Counted from the first letter of the stretch, positions 35,820 through 47,873 are shown. The stretch: DNA of 64,000 nucleotides from Treponema sp. (GCA_012838745.1 DUOS01000128.1:124-64123); one strand, 5' to 3'. Numbers and translations are program-made. The notes: generated from the sequence alone by a model not told the origin.

Positions 35820-36455
35820 TTATTTAGAATAGAGCTCAACCACGAGCTGTTCTTTGATGTCGGCAACGTCGGTTACGTCTGCGCGCTCTGGTATGGAAGT
35901 AAAGGTACCCTTAAGAGCATCAGCATCAACAGAAATCCAAGGATATGTTCCGGACTTTGAAAGTTCCTTCATAGCATCCTTGATTATATTGATTTTCTTA
36001 CTGTTTTCCTTAACTTCAATAACGTCGCCTGCCTTTACCAGATAGCTGGGTATGTTAACGTGTTTGTCGTTTACCAAAATGTGTCCGTGCTGTACAAGCT
36101 GACGAGCCTGATTTCGGTTAACAGCAAAGTGCATTCGATATACGACATTATCAAGTCTACGTTCAAGCAGGGCAATAAGGTTTTCGCCGGTAACACCCGA
36201 CATACGCAGTGCGCGGTCAAAGAATAGACGGAATTGTTTTTCGAGCATTCCATACATTCTTTTAAGCCTTTGTTTTTCTCTCAACTGAACACCATAGTCG
36301 GAACGTTTACCCGTTCTCGCCTTAGGGTCCTTGCCAGGCATAGGCCGTTTGCGGTTTATAGGACATTTATCCGACTTACATCGGTCGCCCTTAAGAAATA
36401 ATTTTTTCTGCTCCGCACGACAAAGCCTGCAAAGGGGTCCTGTATATCTAGCCAT
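35820..36455 (-). CDS. rpsD: 30S ribosomal protein S4
   Basis: [26 protein letters not shown]. Confidence 0.95.
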   Translation of the reverse strand: MARYTGPLCRLCRAEQKKLFLKGDRCKSDKCPINRKRPMPGKDPKARTGKRSDYGVQLREKQRLKRMYGMLEKQFRLFFDRALRMSGVTGENLIALLERRLDNVVYRMHFAVNRNQARQLVQHGHILVNDKHVNIPSYLVKAGDVIEVKENSKKINIIKDAMKELSKSGTYPWISVDADALKGTFTSIPERADVTDVADIKEQLVVELYSK

Positions 36456-36469
36456 ATCTCTCTCCTTTG

Positions 36470-36850
36470 TCAGATGCGCCGAGTCTTGCGTGGACGGCAG
36501 CCATTATGGGGGATAGGAGTTACATCGCTGATTGAACGTACTTTCAATCCGAGCACGCCCAAAGAACGGACGGCAGATTCGCGGCCAACTCCAGGCCCTT
36601 TTACATAGACATGCACTTCACGAAGGCCGTAAGTAAGGGCCTTCTGAACTGCAGTTTCAGCAACAGTCTGCGCCGCGAACGGCGTAGATTTCTTTGCTCC
36701 ATTAAATCCGAGTCCACCGGAAGATGCCCATGAAAGAGCATTTCCATTAAGGTCGGTAATCGTTACGATAGTGTTATTAAATGTAGCCTGAATGTATACA
36801 TTACCTTCGTAAACGCTTTTCTTTTCTTTACGTTTCTTTACGGTTGCCAC
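36470..36850 (-). CDS. rpsK: 30S ribosomal protein S11
   Basis: [18 protein letters not shown]...[13 protein letters not shown]. Confidence 0.95.
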   Translation of the reverse strand: MATVKKRKEKKSVYEGNVYIQATFNNTIVTITDLNGNALSWASSGGLGFNGAKKSTPFAAQTVAETAVQKALTYGLREVHVYVKGPGVGRESAVRSLGVLGLKVRSISDVTPIPHNGCRPRKTRRI

Positions 36851-36874
36851 GTTAGTAGTTCCTCCAACCTTATC

Positions 36875-37240
36875 TTACTTCTTCTTGCCAGCGACGGTCT
36901 TTTTCTTACCTTTTCGCGTGCGAGAATTGGTGCGTGTTTGTTGTCCACGTACAGGAAGGCCCTTTCTGTGCCGGAGGCCCCGGTAACAGCCAATATCCAT
37001 AAGGCGTTTGATGTTCAAACCAACTTCGGTTCTCAAACGTCCTTCTACCTTATAATCAGATTCTAACAAAGCGCGTATATCACCAAGTTCTTCCTGACTA
37101 AGATCGTTAATCATTCGATTCGGATCAATCTTTGTTTTTGTACAGATAGCGTCCGCGGTAGAGCGACCGATACCATAAATGTAAGTCAATGCTATATTGA
37201 CATGCTTGTTGGGGAGGTCGACTCCCACAATTCGAGCCAT
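36875..37240 (-). CDS. rpsM: 30S ribosomal protein S13
   Basis: [25 protein letters not shown]. Confidence 0.95.
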   Translation of the reverse strand: MARIVGVDLPNKHVNIALTYIYGIGRSTADAICTKTKIDPNRMINDLSQEELGDIRALLESDYKVEGRLRTEVGLNIKRLMDIGCYRGLRHRKGLPVRGQQTRTNSRTRKGKKKTVAGKKK

Positions 37241-37252
37241 TCTATTCCTCCA

Positions 37253-37366
37253 TCAGCCCTGACGCTGCTTGTGCTTAGGATTTGTGCAAATAATACGTAC
37301 GACACCGTGCCTACGAATAATCTTGCATTTATCACATATGGGCTTAACGCTCGTTCTTACCTTCAT
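37253..37366 (-). CDS. rpmJ: 50S ribosomal protein L36
   Basis: Own translation: [37 protein letters not shown]. It is below the ORF-track size cutoff. Confidence 0.9.
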   Translation of the reverse strand: MKVRTSVKPICDKCKIIRRHGVVRIICTNPKHKQRQG

Positions 37367-37417
37367 TCTAAACCCCCTTGGGAAAGTTGTAATGATACAC
37401 ACTTTCCCTAACTCTTT

Positions 37418-38734
37418 CTACAGGTTCCTCGACCTGATCTTTCCCTTTTTCACCAATCCTTCATGATGGTGCATCTTGAGTTGCGCTTCTATCTGACTCA
37501 TAGTGTCCAAATCTACACCAACAAGAATCAGCAAGGAAGTTCCGCCCATCAACATTGAAATTGATTGCGGGAACCCAAAAAGATTCTGAATAATCGTGGG
37601 CAATACGGCGATTGCCGCAAGATACAACGAACCGGGAAGAATCAGACGATTCAAAATTCGCTGCATGTATTCTTCTGTCTTATCCGTTCTGATACCAGGA
37701 ATCGAGCCGCCGTTTTCCCGTATCTGCTTTGCTATTTCCGTGGGGTTCAGTGTTACCTGTGTATAGAAATATGCAAAGAAAACAATTAAAAGAATATAAA
37801 ATATATTGTACCAAATACCATGCGGCCGTAAAAAGGTCGCTATGTTATTAAGCCATTTAACATTCGGGCCGATGCTACTTGCAATCTGCAAGGGGAATGT
37901 AAGAAACGAAGAAGCAAAAATAACAGGAATAACTCCAGAGGGGTTAATCTTGAACGGAATATATGTATTCTGTCCACCGTACATTTTTCTTCCTACGACC
38001 CTTTTTGCGTAATGGACCGGGATCTTTCGCTGTCCTTGCTGTTCATACACAACAAGGCCTACTATAGCGACAAACATAATTAAAGCGATGATAACGAATA
38101 CTGGGTTAAGATCACCAGACTGTACCATCCGCACTAATTCCCAAGTAGCACCAGGAAGGCGCGCCACAATACCGGCAAAAATAAGCATTGAAATACCATT
38201 TCCGATACCGCGGTTCGTTATTTGTTCACCAAGCCAAACGGTAACCATAGTTCCCGTAGTCACGGTAAGCATCGCTATAAGCGTATATGCAAAACGATCG
38301 ATAACAATCGCTCCGGGAATGCCCGCTGCATACACAGTTACTGCGTACGACTGTATAAGTGCAACACCAATGGTAGCAATACGTGTCCAAGATTGGATTT
38401 TCTTACGGCCACCGTCTTCTTCGGCAACTTTTTTCAAACTCGGGAAAATGATAAGCGCAAGTTGCATCAATATCTGGGTAGATATATAGGGCATAACACC
38501 AAGCATAAACACCGAAAAGTTTGAGAAGGCGCCACCGGCGAAAAAGTCCATATAATCAACGAAAGCATTCCCCTGCACCTGAGATTTAAAGAAATCAGTA
38601 AGCGCTTTAGCATCAATGCCAGGAATGGTTAATACCGAGCCAAGGCGAAAAACTGCGAGAACCCCAACCGTAAACAGTATGCGTTCACGCAGGTCTTTAA
38701 TTCTGAACATATTTGTAAAAGCATTATTTGCCAT
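37418..38734 (-). CDS. secY: Preprotein translocase subunit SecY
   Basis: 438 aa, 10-TM pattern, LGVMPYISTQILMQL. Confidence 0.95.
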   Translation of the reverse strand: MANNAFTNMFRIKDLRERILFTVGVLAVFRLGSVLTIPGIDAKALTDFFKSQVQGNAFVDYMDFFAGGAFSNFSVFMLGVMPYISTQILMQLALIIFPSLKKVAEEDGGRKKIQSWTRIATIGVALIQSYAVTVYAAGIPGAIVIDRFAYTLIAMLTVTTGTMVTVWLGEQITNRGIGNGISMLIFAGIVARLPGATWELVRMVQSGDLNPVFVIIALIMFVAIVGLVVYEQQGQRKIPVHYAKRVVGRKMYGGQNTYIPFKINPSGVIPVIFASSFLTFPLQIASSIGPNVKWLNNIATFLRPHGIWYNIFYILLIVFFAYFYTQVTLNPTEIAKQIRENGGSIPGIRTDKTEEYMQRILNRLILPGSLYLAAIAVLPTIIQNLFGFPQSISMLMGGTSLLILVGVDLDTMSQIEAQLKMHHHEGLVKKGKIRSRNL

Positions 38735-38754
38735 GTTTCTTCGCCTGCTCCCAG

Positions 38755-39207
38755 TTACTCAGCGGCCAGAACTACAGTTCCACCGGCTTTTTCGATTTTC
38801 TCCTTCGCAGAGGCAGAAACCTTATCTACGTTGACAGTGAGTTTTCTTGTAAAATCACCGTCTCCAAGAACTTTTACTAAAGCAGAAGCCTTTTTAAGAA
38901 GCCCTTTGAGTATCAAGGATTGCTTATTAACAGTTTCTCCATCTTTATATCGTAGTTCAATCTGAGAAAGATTAAAAACTTCATAGTCTTTGCGAAAGAA
39001 ATAGTTAGAAAACCCACGCTTGGCTATTCGTCGGTACAAGGGCATTTGCCCACCTTCAAATCCAACATAAGATTTTCCGCCGGAACGTGAATGTTGTCCC
39101 TTATGACCCCGACCCGCGGTAGTACCGCGCCCGGAGGAAGAACCACGTCCAATAATACGCTTTTTCTTTGTAGCTCCTTCTGGAGCGTGTAAATCAAAAT
39201 CGGACAT
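38755..39207 (-). CDS. rplO: 50S ribosomal protein L15
   Basis: GRGSSSGRGTTAGRGHKGQ. Confidence 0.95.
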   Translation of the reverse strand: MSDFDLHAPEGATKKKRIIGRGSSSGRGTTAGRGHKGQHSRSGGKSYVGFEGGQMPLYRRIAKRGFSNYFFRKDYEVFNLSQIELRYKDGETVNKQSLILKGLLKKASALVKVLGDGDFTRKLTVNVDKVSASAKEKIEKAGGTVVLAAE

Positions 39208-39392
39208 TAGCTGATCTCCTTGACTTCAACAAGGTGGGCCACAGCAGCAACCATTCCGAGAATTGGAGCGGTAGCTTCATGCTCAACTGTTGAATTAATC
39301 TTTTTAAGACCCATGGAGCGGACTGTGGCAGTAACCTTTGGCTTTTGACCAATAGTACTTCGAATAAGTTTTACGCTAATTTTTTTTGCCAT
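39207..39392 (-). CDS. rpmD: 50S ribosomal protein L30
   Basis: MAKKISVKLIRSTIGQKPK. The start is moved to ATG 39392. Confidence 0.9.
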   Translation of the reverse strand: MAKKISVKLIRSTIGQKPKVTATVRSMGLKKINSTVEHEATAPILGMVAAVAHLVEVKEIS

Positions 39393-39394
39393 GT

Positions 39395-39910
39395 CTAACC
39401 CCATAAGTCCTTCAGGGCTTTTCCCCTGTTTTTAGCAATACTCCGCGCGTCCATAAGACCTTTGATTGCTTCGAATGTTGCGCGCACAACATTAATTTGA
39501 CTGCTTGATCCAAGGGATTTAGACAGTACATCTGTTGCACCTGCTACTTCAAGAACCGCGCGAACCGGCCCTCCGGCTATAATCCCGGTACCAGAACACG
39601 CCGGCTTCAAAAGCACAACAGAGCTTTTAAACTCGGCCTGGATCTCATGCGGAATAGTTCCGTTTTTTATTGGAACGACTATCATGTTCTTCTTTGCCTT
39701 ATCGATGCTCTTGCGGATCGCTTCCGCAACATCATTGGCTTTTCCGAACCCATAGCCGACCTTGCCCTTCTGGTCACCAACAACTGTAAGTGCAGAGAAG
39801 GAAAAACGTCGCCCGCCCTTAACAACTTTCGCTGTTCGGTTGAGTTTGACTAGCTTTTCAACAAACTCTTTGGGCTCCCGTTCTCTATTATAATTATTAC
39901 GATGTTGCAT
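39395..39910 (-). CDS. rpsE: 30S ribosomal protein S5
   Basis: [30 protein letters not shown]. Confidence 0.95.
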   Translation of the reverse strand: MQHRNNYNREREPKEFVEKLVKLNRTAKVVKGGRRFSFSALTVVGDQKGKVGYGFGKANDVAEAIRKSIDKAKKNMIVVPIKNGTIPHEIQAEFKSSVVLLKPACSGTGIIAGGPVRAVLEVAGATDVLSKSLGSSSQINVVRATFEAIKGLMDARSIAKNRGKALKDLWG

Positions 39911-39918
39911 AACCTCTC

Positions 39919-40281
39919 CTAGAAATCAATCCCGGTACTACGGGCGGCGTCGGCAATAGCCTTTAACACGCCATGGTAAAGATAACCGTTGCGGTCGAAC
40001 ACTACGGTAGAAACCTTCTTTTCTTTGAGACGACGTCCAATTTCCTCGCCAATTTTCTTGCCAGTTTCAGTACTCGGCCTAAGCGAGGCAAAATCTTTTT
40101 CTAACGTCGATACAGTTGCAATTGTCTTACCAGCATCGTCATCAATTACCTGTACCGAAAGATTACAATTACTTCGACTTACGGTCATTCGAGGGCGTTC
40201 AGCCGTACCGGAGACACGTTTACGGATATGAATCTTTCTTTTTAATCTCTTCCGATCTTTGTCGTTAAGCTTCTTTATCAT
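39919..40281 (-). CDS. rplR: 50S ribosomal protein L18
   Basis: [20 protein letters not shown]...[10 protein letters not shown]. Confidence 0.95.
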   Translation of the reverse strand: MIKKLNDKDRKRLKRKIHIRKRVSGTAERPRMTVSRSNCNLSVQVIDDDAGKTIATVSTLEKDFASLRPSTETGKKIGEEIGRRLKEKKVSTVVFDRNGYLYHGVLKAIADAARSTGIDF

Positions 40282-40293
40282 ATCACTACACCT

Positions 40294-40833
40294 TTATTTT
40301 ACGCCGGACTTTCCGACTTTCCGTTTAATAACTTCGGTTTCGTAGCGAATCCCCTTGCCTTTATAGGGCTCGGGTCCACGAAGCTTGCGCACCTGTGCGG
40401 CGAACTCGCCCACCTGGTCCTTACGGATACCGGAAATAACGACCCTGCCTTGAGCTTCGGTCGTAACAGTAATGCCTTCCGGAATCGATGCGACATAGTC
40501 GTTAGAATAGCCAAGATTCATTACAAGTAACTTATCCTGAACTTCCGCGCGATAACCGACACCATTTATAACCAGAGTCTTTTTATACCCATTAGTTACG
40601 CCCTGCACCATGTTATTTAACAGGTTGCGGTATAAACCGTGACAAGAGCGAGCCTTTTTAGTGTCGGCCTTTCGGTTAACAACTACAGCATCGCCTTTTA
40701 CCACAATTTCAACAACAGGATCATATTCTTGACTTAGCTTGCCTTTTGGGCCCTCTACTTCAAAGTTATCCTGGTTTACCTTAACCTTAACTCCCGCTGG
40801 AATAGCAACAGGAAGTTTTCCAACTCTAGACAT
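40294..40833 (-). CDS. rplF: 50S ribosomal protein L6
   Basis: [17 protein letters not shown]. Confidence 0.95.
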   Translation of the reverse strand: MSRVGKLPVAIPAGVKVKVNQDNFEVEGPKGKLSQEYDPVVEIVVKGDAVVVNRKADTKKARSCHGLYRNLLNNMVQGVTNGYKKTLVINGVGYRAEVQDKLLVMNLGYSNDYVASIPEGITVTTEAQGRVVISGIRKDQVGEFAAQVRKLRGPEPYKGKGIRYETEVIKRKVGKSGVK

Positions 40834-40845
40834 AACTTCCTCCTA

Positions 40846-41244
40846 TTACCAGACGGTACAGATAATCTCACCACCGACTTGCTTTTCAAGAGCTTTTTTG
40901 CCGGTAGTTACGCCTATCGAAGTCGAGACAATAAGGGTTCCGTATCCGTTAAAAACACGGGGGAGATCCTTATAACCAGCATACCGTCGGCGTCCTGGTG
41001 TGGAAACCTTTTGGATTCCATGGATAACCGATGTATTACTATCATCATACTTTAAAAACACGCGGATACAGTTGCTTCCGTCCTGATTGACCTTCTTAAA
41101 ATTCTTGATAAAACCTTCGGTTTTAAGAATCTTAACAATTTCAAGCTTAAGTTTGGAGGCGGGAATGTCCACTTTTTCATGGCGGGCCATTGCCGCATTC
41201 CGGACCTTGGTTAGCATATCTGCTACGGGATCTGAAACGCTCAT
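40846..41244 (-). CDS. rpsH: 30S ribosomal protein S8
   Basis: [13 protein letters not shown]. Confidence 0.95.
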   Translation of the reverse strand: MSVSDPVADMLTKVRNAAMARHEKVDIPASKLKLEIVKILKTEGFIKNFKKVNQDGSNCIRVFLKYDDSNTSVIHGIQKVSTPGRRRYAGYKDLPRVFNGYGTLIVSTSIGVTTGKKALEKQVGGEIICTVW

Positions 41245-41260
41245 ATATTGTCCTCCCCTA

Positions 41261-41446
41261 CTACCAGCTCGACTTGGTGACGCCTGGTATCAGACCTTCA
41301 CTAGCCAACTTCCGAAAACAAATACGACACATCTCGTATTTACGGAGATATCCTCGAGCTCTACCACAAACCCTGCACCGATTATATTTCCTAGTGGAAT
41401 ATTTTGGAGTACGGTTTGCCTTATTAATCATTGCTGTTGTAGCCAT
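41261..41446 (-). CDS. rpsN: 30S ribosomal protein S14, type Z (zinc-binding, 61 aa)
   Basis: [23 protein letters not shown]...W. Confidence 0.95.
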   Translation of the reverse strand: MATTAMINKANRTPKYSTRKYNRCRVCGRARGYLRKYEMCRICFRKLASEGLIPGVTKSSW

Positions 41447-41457
41447 GAACTCCTCAC

Positions 41458-42009
41458 TTACTTTCTGAAGGGCATGCCAAACTTAGCAAGAAGCGCTTTC
41501 GCTTCAGCATCTGTTTTGGCAGTAGTTACCACATTGATATTCAACCCGCAAACTCGTTCGATTTTATCGAAGTCAATTTCAGGGAAGATTATCTGTTCTG
41601 TGATACCCATTGAATAGTTTCCGTTACCATCGAATCCGTTAGGATTGATTCCTCGGAAATCCTTTACGCGCGGTAATGCTACGTTAACAAATCTGTCGAA
41701 AAACTCGTACATCATTGCCCCCCGTAGCGTTACCATCGCGCCCACTTCATTGCCCTCACGAAGCTTAAAGTTCGCGATACTCTTTTTTGCCTTTGTTTTA
41801 ACAGCCTTCTGACCGGTAATTAAACCGAGATCTAGCGCTGCAGCATCAAGAAGTTTCTTGTTTGTGAGAGCTTCACCAACGCCCATGCTTACCACAATCT
41901 TACTGATACGCGGTACTTGCATGACCGATTTATATCCGAGTTCTTTAAAAAGCTCGGGGGCGAATTTTTCTTTATAGACTTTCTTAAGCCGAGGTATATT
42001 CTTACTCAT
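41458..42009 (-). CDS. rplE: 50S ribosomal protein L5
   Basis: [41 protein letters not shown]. The start is moved to ATG 42009. Confidence 0.95.
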   Translation of the reverse strand: MSKNIPRLKKVYKEKFAPELFKELGYKSVMQVPRISKIVVSMGVGEALTNKKLLDAAALDLGLITGQKAVKTKAKKSIANFKLREGNEVGAMVTLRGAMMYEFFDRFVNVALPRVKDFRGINPNGFDGNGNYSMGITEQIIFPEIDFDKIERVCGLNINVVTTAKTDAEAKALLAKFGMPFRK

Positions 42010-42323
42010 TACAGACCTTCCCCACACTTACGACAGACACGAATTTTCTTTCCGCCGTCAATTTTATATCCAATTCTTGTCGGTCCACATTTCTTACAAA
42101 CAATCATTACATTGGAAATATGAAGAGCAGCTTCAATTTCAACGATTCCGCCTCGATCTTGCTGGCTTTTTTTTCTCATGGCCTTTTTGACAAGATTTAC
42201 ACCGGCTACGATGACTCGATCCTTATCCCGGACCACACGAACAACAGGGCCGCGCTTTCCTTTGTCCTTTCCGGCGATTAATTCAACCGTGTCGTCCTTC
42301 CGGATCTTGAATTTTTTATCCAT
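42009..42323 (-). CDS. rplX: 50S ribosomal protein L24 (Cys-containing form)
   Basis: [21 protein letters not shown]-terminal CKKCG...CRKCG. Confidence 0.95.
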   Translation of the reverse strand: MDKKFKIRKDDTVELIAGKDKGKRGPVVRVVRDKDRVIVAGVNLVKKAMRKKSQQDRGGIVEIEAALHISNVMIVCKKCGPTRIGYKIDGGKKIRVCRKCGEGL

Positions 42324-42335
42324 TACTCAATCTCC

Positions 42336-42704
42336 TTACAGAACTTCCGGAGCCAGAGATACGATCTTCATGTAATCCATGTCACGAAGTTCGCGGGCCA
42401 CAGGTCCGAAAATGCGCTTGCCCTTCGGGTTTTTATTTGCATCAATGATCACGCAAGCGTTATCATCGAAACGAATATATGTTCCGTCCGGACGTCGATA
42501 TTCTTTGGAAATACGGACTACGACCGCCCTCTCCACAGAACCCTTTTTAATTGTAGATGTTGGAAGTGCATCCTTAACGGCTACAACTATAACATCACCG
42601 ATACTGGCATACCGACGGTGTGAACCACCGGGCACCTTTATACACTCAACGAGTTTAGCACCCGAGTTATCGGCAACATTCAATCTTGATTGCATTTGAA
42701 CCAT
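42336..42704 (-). CDS. rplN: 50S ribosomal protein L14
   Basis: [17 protein letters not shown]. Confidence 0.95.
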   Translation of the reverse strand: MVQMQSRLNVADNSGAKLVECIKVPGGSHRRYASIGDVIVVAVKDALPTSTIKKGSVERAVVVRISKEYRRPDGTYIRFDDNACVIIDANKNPKGKRIFGPVARELRDMDYMKIVSLAPEVL

Positions 42705-42718
42705 ATTCTGAACCTCGC

Positions 42719-42991
42719 TTATTTTGCTCGGGTTACGATATTCACGAGACGCCAGGTTTTTTGTTTACTGACGGGACGTGCTTCTTCAATACGAACGGTA
42801 TCACCGGCTCCGGCTTCGTTCTTTTCGTCGTGTGCTTTGTATTTCTTACTCCGGGAAACGTACTTTTTATACAAAGGATGTAGTTTTTTGGTAGTAACTT
42901 TAACGACAATGGTTTTATCCATTTTATCACTAGTTACAACACCTACAAACTCTCGGCTCCCGGTTTTTTTCTGCAAAACTTGTTCTTCCAC
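42719..42991 (-). CDS. rpsQ: 30S ribosomal protein S17
   Basis: [16 protein letters not shown]...YKAHDE. Confidence 0.95.
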   Translation of the reverse strand: MEEQVLQKKTGSREFVGVVTSDKMDKTIVVKVTTKKLHPLYKKYVSRSKKYKAHDEKNEAGAGDTVRIEEARPVSKQKTWRLVNIVTRAK

Positions 42992-43002
42992 AGGCCTCGC
43001 TC

Positions 43003-43209
43003 CTACTTGGTTGCTTGTTCGGCAAGCTCGTGCTGCCGAATAAGCGTATTCATAACTGCGATTTCGCGGCGCATACTGCGCTTTTTCAACGGATTATCAA
43101 CATGACCAATAACCAGCTGAAATCTGAAATCCATGTACTTTCTCGTAAGCTCTTCTCGTTTTGAAACAAGTTCGGCGAACGACAAGTTTTTCAAACCCTT
43201 ATTCTTCAT
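43003..43209 (-). CDS. rpmC: 50S ribosomal protein L29
   Basis: Size, position and the L...EL...FRFQ pattern. Confidence 0.9.
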   Translation of the reverse strand: MKNKGLKNLSFAELVSKREELTRKYMDFRFQLVIGHVDNPLKKRSMRREIAVMNTLIRQHELAEQATK

Positions 43210-43221
43210 CCTTCGACTCCC

Positions 43222-43641
43222 TTATTCCACAACATTACGTTCGGCGAACTTCGTTTTAAATGGAAGTTTGCTTCCTGCAAGCAGCATCGCTTCGGACGCA
43301 AGATCACGTTCAATACCACTCATTTCAAAAATAATGGTTCCTGGTTTAACTACAGCACACCAATGATCGGGTGCTCCCTTTCCTTTTCCCATCCGAGTTT
43401 CAGCCGGCTTTTTAGAATAAGGCTTGTCTGGAAACACGCGAACCCAAAGTTTTCCGCCGCGCTTAACACGACGATTTAGGGCAACACGGGCAGCTTCAAG
43501 TTGACGAGCCGTTAGTAAAAAAGGTTCAAGCGACACGAGAGCAAAATCACCAAAATCAATGATATTACCTCTTGTAGCGTTTCCTTTAATCCTTCCGCGC
43601 TGGACCTTTCTGTGTTTTACTCTCTTAGGGCTAAGAGCCAT
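43222..43641 (-). CDS. rplP: 50S ribosomal protein L16
   Basis: [20 protein letters not shown]. Confidence 0.95.
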   Translation of the reverse strand: MALSPKRVKHRKVQRGRIKGNATRGNIIDFGDFALVSLEPFLLTARQLEAARVALNRRVKRGGKLWVRVFPDKPYSKKPAETRMGKGKGAPDHWCAVVKPGTIIFEMSGIERDLASEAMLLAGSKLPFKTKFAERNVVE

Positions 43642-43644
43642 ATC

Positions 43645-44400
43645 TTAACTCCTTCCAGCAGGTGCTGAACGATTGGAACGATCTGCACGATCTGGTCGGT
43701 CTGGTCGGTCTCCCCGATCTCGCCGCTGTCTCTTGAGGAGCGCACCTGCATCCTCTTTTTGCTCATGACCATACATCATTCCATTATACACCCAAACTTT
43801 CACACCAATAAGTCCATATGTAGTGTGTGCTTCGGTGAATCCATAATCAATATCCGCACGAAGGGTATGCAACGGTACTCGACCGTCTTTATATTCTTCA
43901 GTACGGGACATTTCTGCACCACCAAGTCGTCCAGAAACCCTGACCTTTACACCCTGAGCGCCAGCCTTCATTGCAGAAGAACAGGCCATTTTAAGGGCTC
44001 TACGGAACGACCCGCGACTAATAAGTTGCCGGGCTACGTTCTGAGAAACAAGCGACGCATTTGTTTCAGCACGCTTTATTTCTTTGATCTTGATTTGAAC
44101 TTTCTTAGAAAGGCTTTTTTGAATGATCGTACCAATTTGTTCGATATTCGCGCCTTTAACACCGATGATTACGCCTGGACGAGCAGTGTGGATAACAATA
44201 GTAATACGTTGCGGATGACGAACAATTTCGACTTCCGCGATGTCTGCATTTTTACACTCAGGTAGCGTCTTTATCATCTTGCGAATCTTGAGATCTTCAT
44301 GAAGAAGATCGGCGTACTCGCGGGGATCCGCATACCAGCGAGAAGACCAAGTCTTGTTGATTCCCAATCGGAGTCCGATTGGATTTACTTTCTGTCCCAC
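43645..44400 (-). CDS. rpsC: 30S ribosomal protein S3 (with an Arg/Asp/Pro-rich tail)
   Basis: [24 protein letters not shown]. The tail is [19 protein letters not shown]. Confidence 0.95.
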   Translation of the reverse strand: MGQKVNPIGLRLGINKTWSSRWYADPREYADLLHEDLKIRKMIKTLPECKNADIAEVEIVRHPQRITIVIHTARPGVIIGVKGANIEQIGTIIQKSLSKKVQIKIKEIKRAETNASLVSQNVARQLISRGSFRRALKMACSSAMKAGAQGVKVRVSGRLGGAEMSRTEEYKDGRVPLHTLRADIDYGFTEAHTTYGLIGVKVWVYNGMMYGHEQKEDAGALLKRQRRDRGDRPDRPDRADRSNRSAPAGRS

Positions 44401-44401
44401 G

Positions 44402-44767
44402 TTACTCCCCTGCCTTTTCGTCTACGACTACGGTGATATGGCACATGCGCTTAAGAAGCATGTCTGCCCGACCACGACCACGACACCACAATCTCTTAAG
44501 GCGTGGGCCTTCGTCTATTCGTATTTCCTTGACAAAAAGAACGTCTTCATCAAGCTTCTTATTCAGATCTAAGGCATTCGATGCCGCCGACTTCATGGTT
44601 TTCTTTAAAAGACGAGCACCTTTCTGGGGCATGTTCTCAAGAATAGCCATTGCATCGGAATACGACTTCCGTTTCACTACATTCGCTACATACCGTACTT
44701 TGGTAGGCGATGCAATGAGGAATTTCGAAGTGGCTATATATCCGCTTTTTTCAGCCATCATATCCAC
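44402..44767 (-). CDS. rplV: 50S ribosomal protein L22
   Basis: [26 protein letters not shown]. The exact start among the N-terminal Met codons is uncertain. Confidence 0.9.
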   Translation of the reverse strand: MDMMAEKSGYIATSKFLIASPTKVRYVANVVKRKSYSDAMAILENMPQKGARLLKKTMKSAASNALDLNKKLDEDVLFVKEIRIDEGPRLKRLWCRGRGRADMLLKRMCHITVVVDEKAGE

Positions 44768-45049
44768 CTATCTCTTACCTGTTTTCTTGTCTGAACCTGC
44801 ATGACCGCGGAAAATCCGGGTAGGAGCAAATTCGCCAAGTTTGTGGCCAACGAGGTTTTCAGTGATATACACTGGAATCCAAGCTTTTCCATTATAAACA
44901 GATATGGTATTACCTACCATTTCAGGGATGATAGTCGAGCAACGAGAAAATGACTTAATCATTTTCCGGTCAGTCGCCTTATTCATTTCTATTACTTTCT
45001 TATACAGGCTCTTTTCTATAAAAGGGCCCTTCTTAACAGATCTTGACAC
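44768..45049 (-). CDS. rpsS: 30S ribosomal protein S19
   Basis: [12 protein letters not shown]...[11 protein letters not shown]. Confidence 0.95.
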   Translation of the reverse strand: MSRSVKKGPFIEKSLYKKVIEMNKATDRKMIKSFSRCSTIIPEMVGNTISVYNGKAWIPVYITENLVGHKLGEFAPTRIFRGHAGSDKKTGKR

Positions 45050-45061
45050 GGTTTCCCCCTG

Positions 45062-45883
45062 TTACTTGCGTCTCGAAACAACAAAGTTGCTCGAAACCTT
45101 TCGTTTCTTCCGGGTCTTGTAGCCTTTACAAGGCTGTCCCCAGGGAGTAACCGGGTTACGTCCCTTACCTTTGCCTTCACCACCACCGAGCGGATGATCA
45201 ACCGGGTTCATACCCATAGCGCGAACCGAAGGTCGAATGCCCCTCCATCGTGAACGGCCCGCCTTACCAAGACAGGTATTCATGTGATCTCCGTTTCCAA
45301 CTTCACCGATGGTTGCATAGCAACGCTTGTGCACCATCCGAACTTCCCCTGAAGGAAGCTTAAGAGAAACGTAGTCACCTTCTTTCGATGAAACGAGCGC
45401 TCCTGCTCCAGCAGAACGAGCCATTTGCCCGCCCTTACCGATTGTGAGCTCAATATTGTGAACAGTAAATCCAACGGGTATGGAATTAAGAGGCAAAGCA
45501 TTCGCTACAGTGAGCGAAGCGGTTTCACCACTCATTACTTTTTGACCAACAGTCAAACCCTTCGGTGCTATAATGTATCGCTTGTCACCGTCTGCATAAA
45601 ACACGAGCGCGATGTTTGCGCTTCTGTTCGGATCATATTCAATGGTATTAACCGTACCAGGAATTCCGAACTTGTTGCGCTTAAAATCAATATCGCGATA
45701 CCGCTGCTTGTGACCGCCGCCTTGATAGCGAACCGAAGTTCTACCAGCGGAGTCTCTACCACCTCGAGATTTCTTACCGCTTGTAAGCCGTTTCTCCGGC
45801 TTGCTTGCTGTAAGGTCATCCCTTAGCAGGTCGATGCGTCCTCTGGTTCCCGCGGTAACAGGTTTGTATACTTTAAGAGCCAT
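45062..45883 (-). CDS. rplB: 50S ribosomal protein L2
   Basis: GGGHKQRYRDIDF...MNPVDHPLGGGEG. Confidence 0.95.
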   Translation of the reverse strand: MALKVYKPVTAGTRGRIDLLRDDLTASKPEKRLTSGKKSRGGRDSAGRTSVRYQGGGHKQRYRDIDFKRNKFGIPGTVNTIEYDPNRSANIALVFYADGDKRYIIAPKGLTVGQKVMSGETASLTVANALPLNSIPVGFTVHNIELTIGKGGQMARSAGAGALVSSKEGDYVSLKLPSGEVRMVHKRCYATIGEVGNGDHMNTCLGKAGRSRWRGIRPSVRAMGMNPVDHPLGGGEGKGKGRNPVTPWGQPCKGYKTRKKRKVSSNFVVSRRK

Positions 45884-45918
45884 TTGGTTTCCCCTTCTTT
45901 AACGCGGAATCGAAGGCG

Positions 45919-46206
45919 TTAAACGCCTTCGAACACCTTAATAGTCTCGCCGGGTGCAAGCCGTACAATGGCTTTCTTCCAGCTGGAAGTTAAACCGGCA
46001 CGTCCACGTACCCGCTTCATCTTTCCACTTACATTCATAACGGTACAATCAAGAACCTTTACTTTAAAAAGGCGACGTACCGCTTCCTTAATCTCGATTT
46101 TACTCGCTGCAGGATCTACACGAAAAACGTACTTTCCCTGTTCGCGAAGCTCATTCGACTTTTCCGACAAAACCGGCGAAATGATGATGCTTTCGTAATT
46201 CATCAC
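45919..46206 (-). CDS. rplW: 50S ribosomal protein L23
   Basis: ISPVLSEKS...YVFRVDPAASKIEIKEAV. Confidence 0.95.
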   Translation of the reverse strand: MMNYESIIISPVLSEKSNELREQGKYVFRVDPAASKIEIKEAVRRLFKVKVLDCTVMNVSGKMKRVRGRAGLTSSWKKAIVRLAPGETIKVFEGV

Positions 46207-46841
46207 TCAGCCTCCTCTTTCTTGCCGTAGAATTCGGCCAAGTTTTTCGCAGCAGACTCAAGCATTAACACTTTCCGTCCATAATACAGGTCATGCGCAC
46301 GCAGCCGGTTATAGGAAAGAAAAGAAAGGGTTGGAATATTTCGTCCAGCCTGCTTAATTTTTGGGTCATCGTCCTTAAGAACAATAACTGTCCGTTCATT
46401 CTGAGCAAGAACGCTCAAAATCTTTGCGAGTTCACTCGTCTTGCCGCTTTCAACGGTAAAATCTTCTATTATTGTAAGACGGTCATCCTGCGCCTTGAGG
46501 CTAAGGATTGTCTTCATTGCCAGTCGCTTTACTTTCTTTGGCATAGAATAACTATAATCACGCGGCCGAGGACCAAACGTAACACCACCACCGACAAGAA
46601 TTGGAGACTTCTTATCACCGCGGCGTGCACGGCCAGTACCTTTTTGCTTATACGGTTTTGCGTTAGAACCACGCACTTCTGCGCGGGTCTTAGTACAAGC
46701 TGTTCCGACGCGCAGATTCGCTAATTCATTGTTGATGGCGTAGTAGATCACGTCCTCATTGACCGGAAGGCCAAATACGTTATCATCGAGATTTATCGTC
46801 CTCAGTTCTTTGCCATCGACCGAATAGACTTTCTTTTCCAT
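46203..46841 (-). CDS. rplD: 50S ribosomal protein L4
   Basis: [30 protein letters not shown]. Confidence 0.95.
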   Translation of the reverse strand: MEKKVYSVDGKELRTINLDDNVFGLPVNEDVIYYAINNELANLRVGTACTKTRAEVRGSNAKPYKQKGTGRARRGDKKSPILVGGGVTFGPRPRDYSYSMPKKVKRLAMKTILSLKAQDDRLTIIEDFTVESGKTSELAKILSVLAQNERTVIVLKDDDPKIKQAGRNIPTLSFLSYNRLRAHDLYYGRKVLMLESAAKNLAEFYGKKEEAE

Positions 46842-46856
46842 CGTCTTCTCCTGTCG

Positions 46857-47483
46857 TTAGAATTGTTTTTTTACTGCGGACTTAATGATAAGCGTAGCGT
46901 CCCTGTGACCGGGAACTGCTCCACGAACCATTACAACCATCAACTCAGGATCGATTTTTTGGATCTTGAGATTCTGTACAGTCACGCGCTCACTGCCCAT
47001 GTGCCCAGCCATCTTTCTGTTTTTGAAACATCGCCCGGGGTTAGTATTCTGCCCAGTACCACCGGCTTCGCGGTGAAACTTTGAACCATGCGAAGCACGT
47101 CCTCCATGGAAACCCCAGCGCTTTACAACGCCCTGAAATCCCCTACCCTTGGAAGTAGCAGTTACATCCACATAACGGATGTTTTCAAATACTTCCAAAC
47201 CAAGTTGGTCCCCTACAGCTACTTCGCGTTTAAAATTGCGAAATTCCTTGAGGTGGCGTTTCGGAGAAACACCTTCGGGGAACTGTCCAGCATAGGGCTT
47301 AGTAGTTCGCTCAACCTTGACATCATCAAGACCGAGAACTACGGCATTATAGCCGTTCTTTTCCTCGTTTTTTAGCGATACAACTGTATTTGGTTCGACG
47401 CGGATCACGGTTACTGGGATCAGATCACCGCTTTCGTCAAAAACCTGAGTCATACCGACTTTTCTTGCTATCAGACCTATCAT
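46857..47483 (-). CDS. rplC: 50S ribosomal protein L3
   Basis: MIGLIARKVGMTQVF. The start is moved to ATG 47483, which follows an AAGGAG ribosome-binding site. Confidence 0.95.
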   Translation of the reverse strand: MIGLIARKVGMTQVFDESGDLIPVTVIRVEPNTVVSLKNEEKNGYNAVVLGLDDVKVERTTKPYAGQFPEGVSPKRHLKEFRNFKREVAVGDQLGLEVFENIRYVDVTATSKGRGFQGVVKRWGFHGGRASHGSKFHREAGGTGQNTNPGRCFKNRKMAGHMGSERVTVQNLKIQKIDPELMVVMVRGAVPGHRDATLIIKSAVKKQF

Positions 47484-47542
47484 TCTGATTACACTCCTTA
47501 GGTACGTCATCCCCTGATCCGGGGGACCGTCTACCCTTTATG

Positions 47543-47851
47543 CTACTGCTTTATCTCGACGTCCACACCGGCAGGAAGTTCAAGTTTCATAAGTGAATCC
47601 ATAACTTCAGCAGAGGGCTCGATAATATCAATCAAACGCTTGTGCGTTCGCATTTCAAACTGTTCACGTGACGTCTTATTAACGTGTGGCGAACGCAGAA
47701 CAGTGACCTTGTTAATGCGAGTAGGAAGCGGGATTGGACCCGAAACCTTGGCTCCGGCTTTTTGAACCGTATCCACAATCGCTTTGGAACTCTGGTCTAT
47801 TAGTTCTACATCGAATCCACGGAGTTTAACGCGGATTTTTTCCTTAGTCAT
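47543..47851 (-). CDS. rpsJ: 30S ribosomal protein S10
   Basis: [17 protein letters not shown]...[24 protein letters not shown]. Confidence 0.95.
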   Translation of the reverse strand: MTKEKIRVKLRGFDVELIDQSSKAIVDTVQKAGAKVSGPIPLPTRINKVTVLRSPHVNKTSREQFEMRTHKRLIDIIEPSAEVMDSLMKLELPAGVDVEIKQ

Positions 47852-47873
47852 TTTTCCTCCAGCCAGAGAAGCG

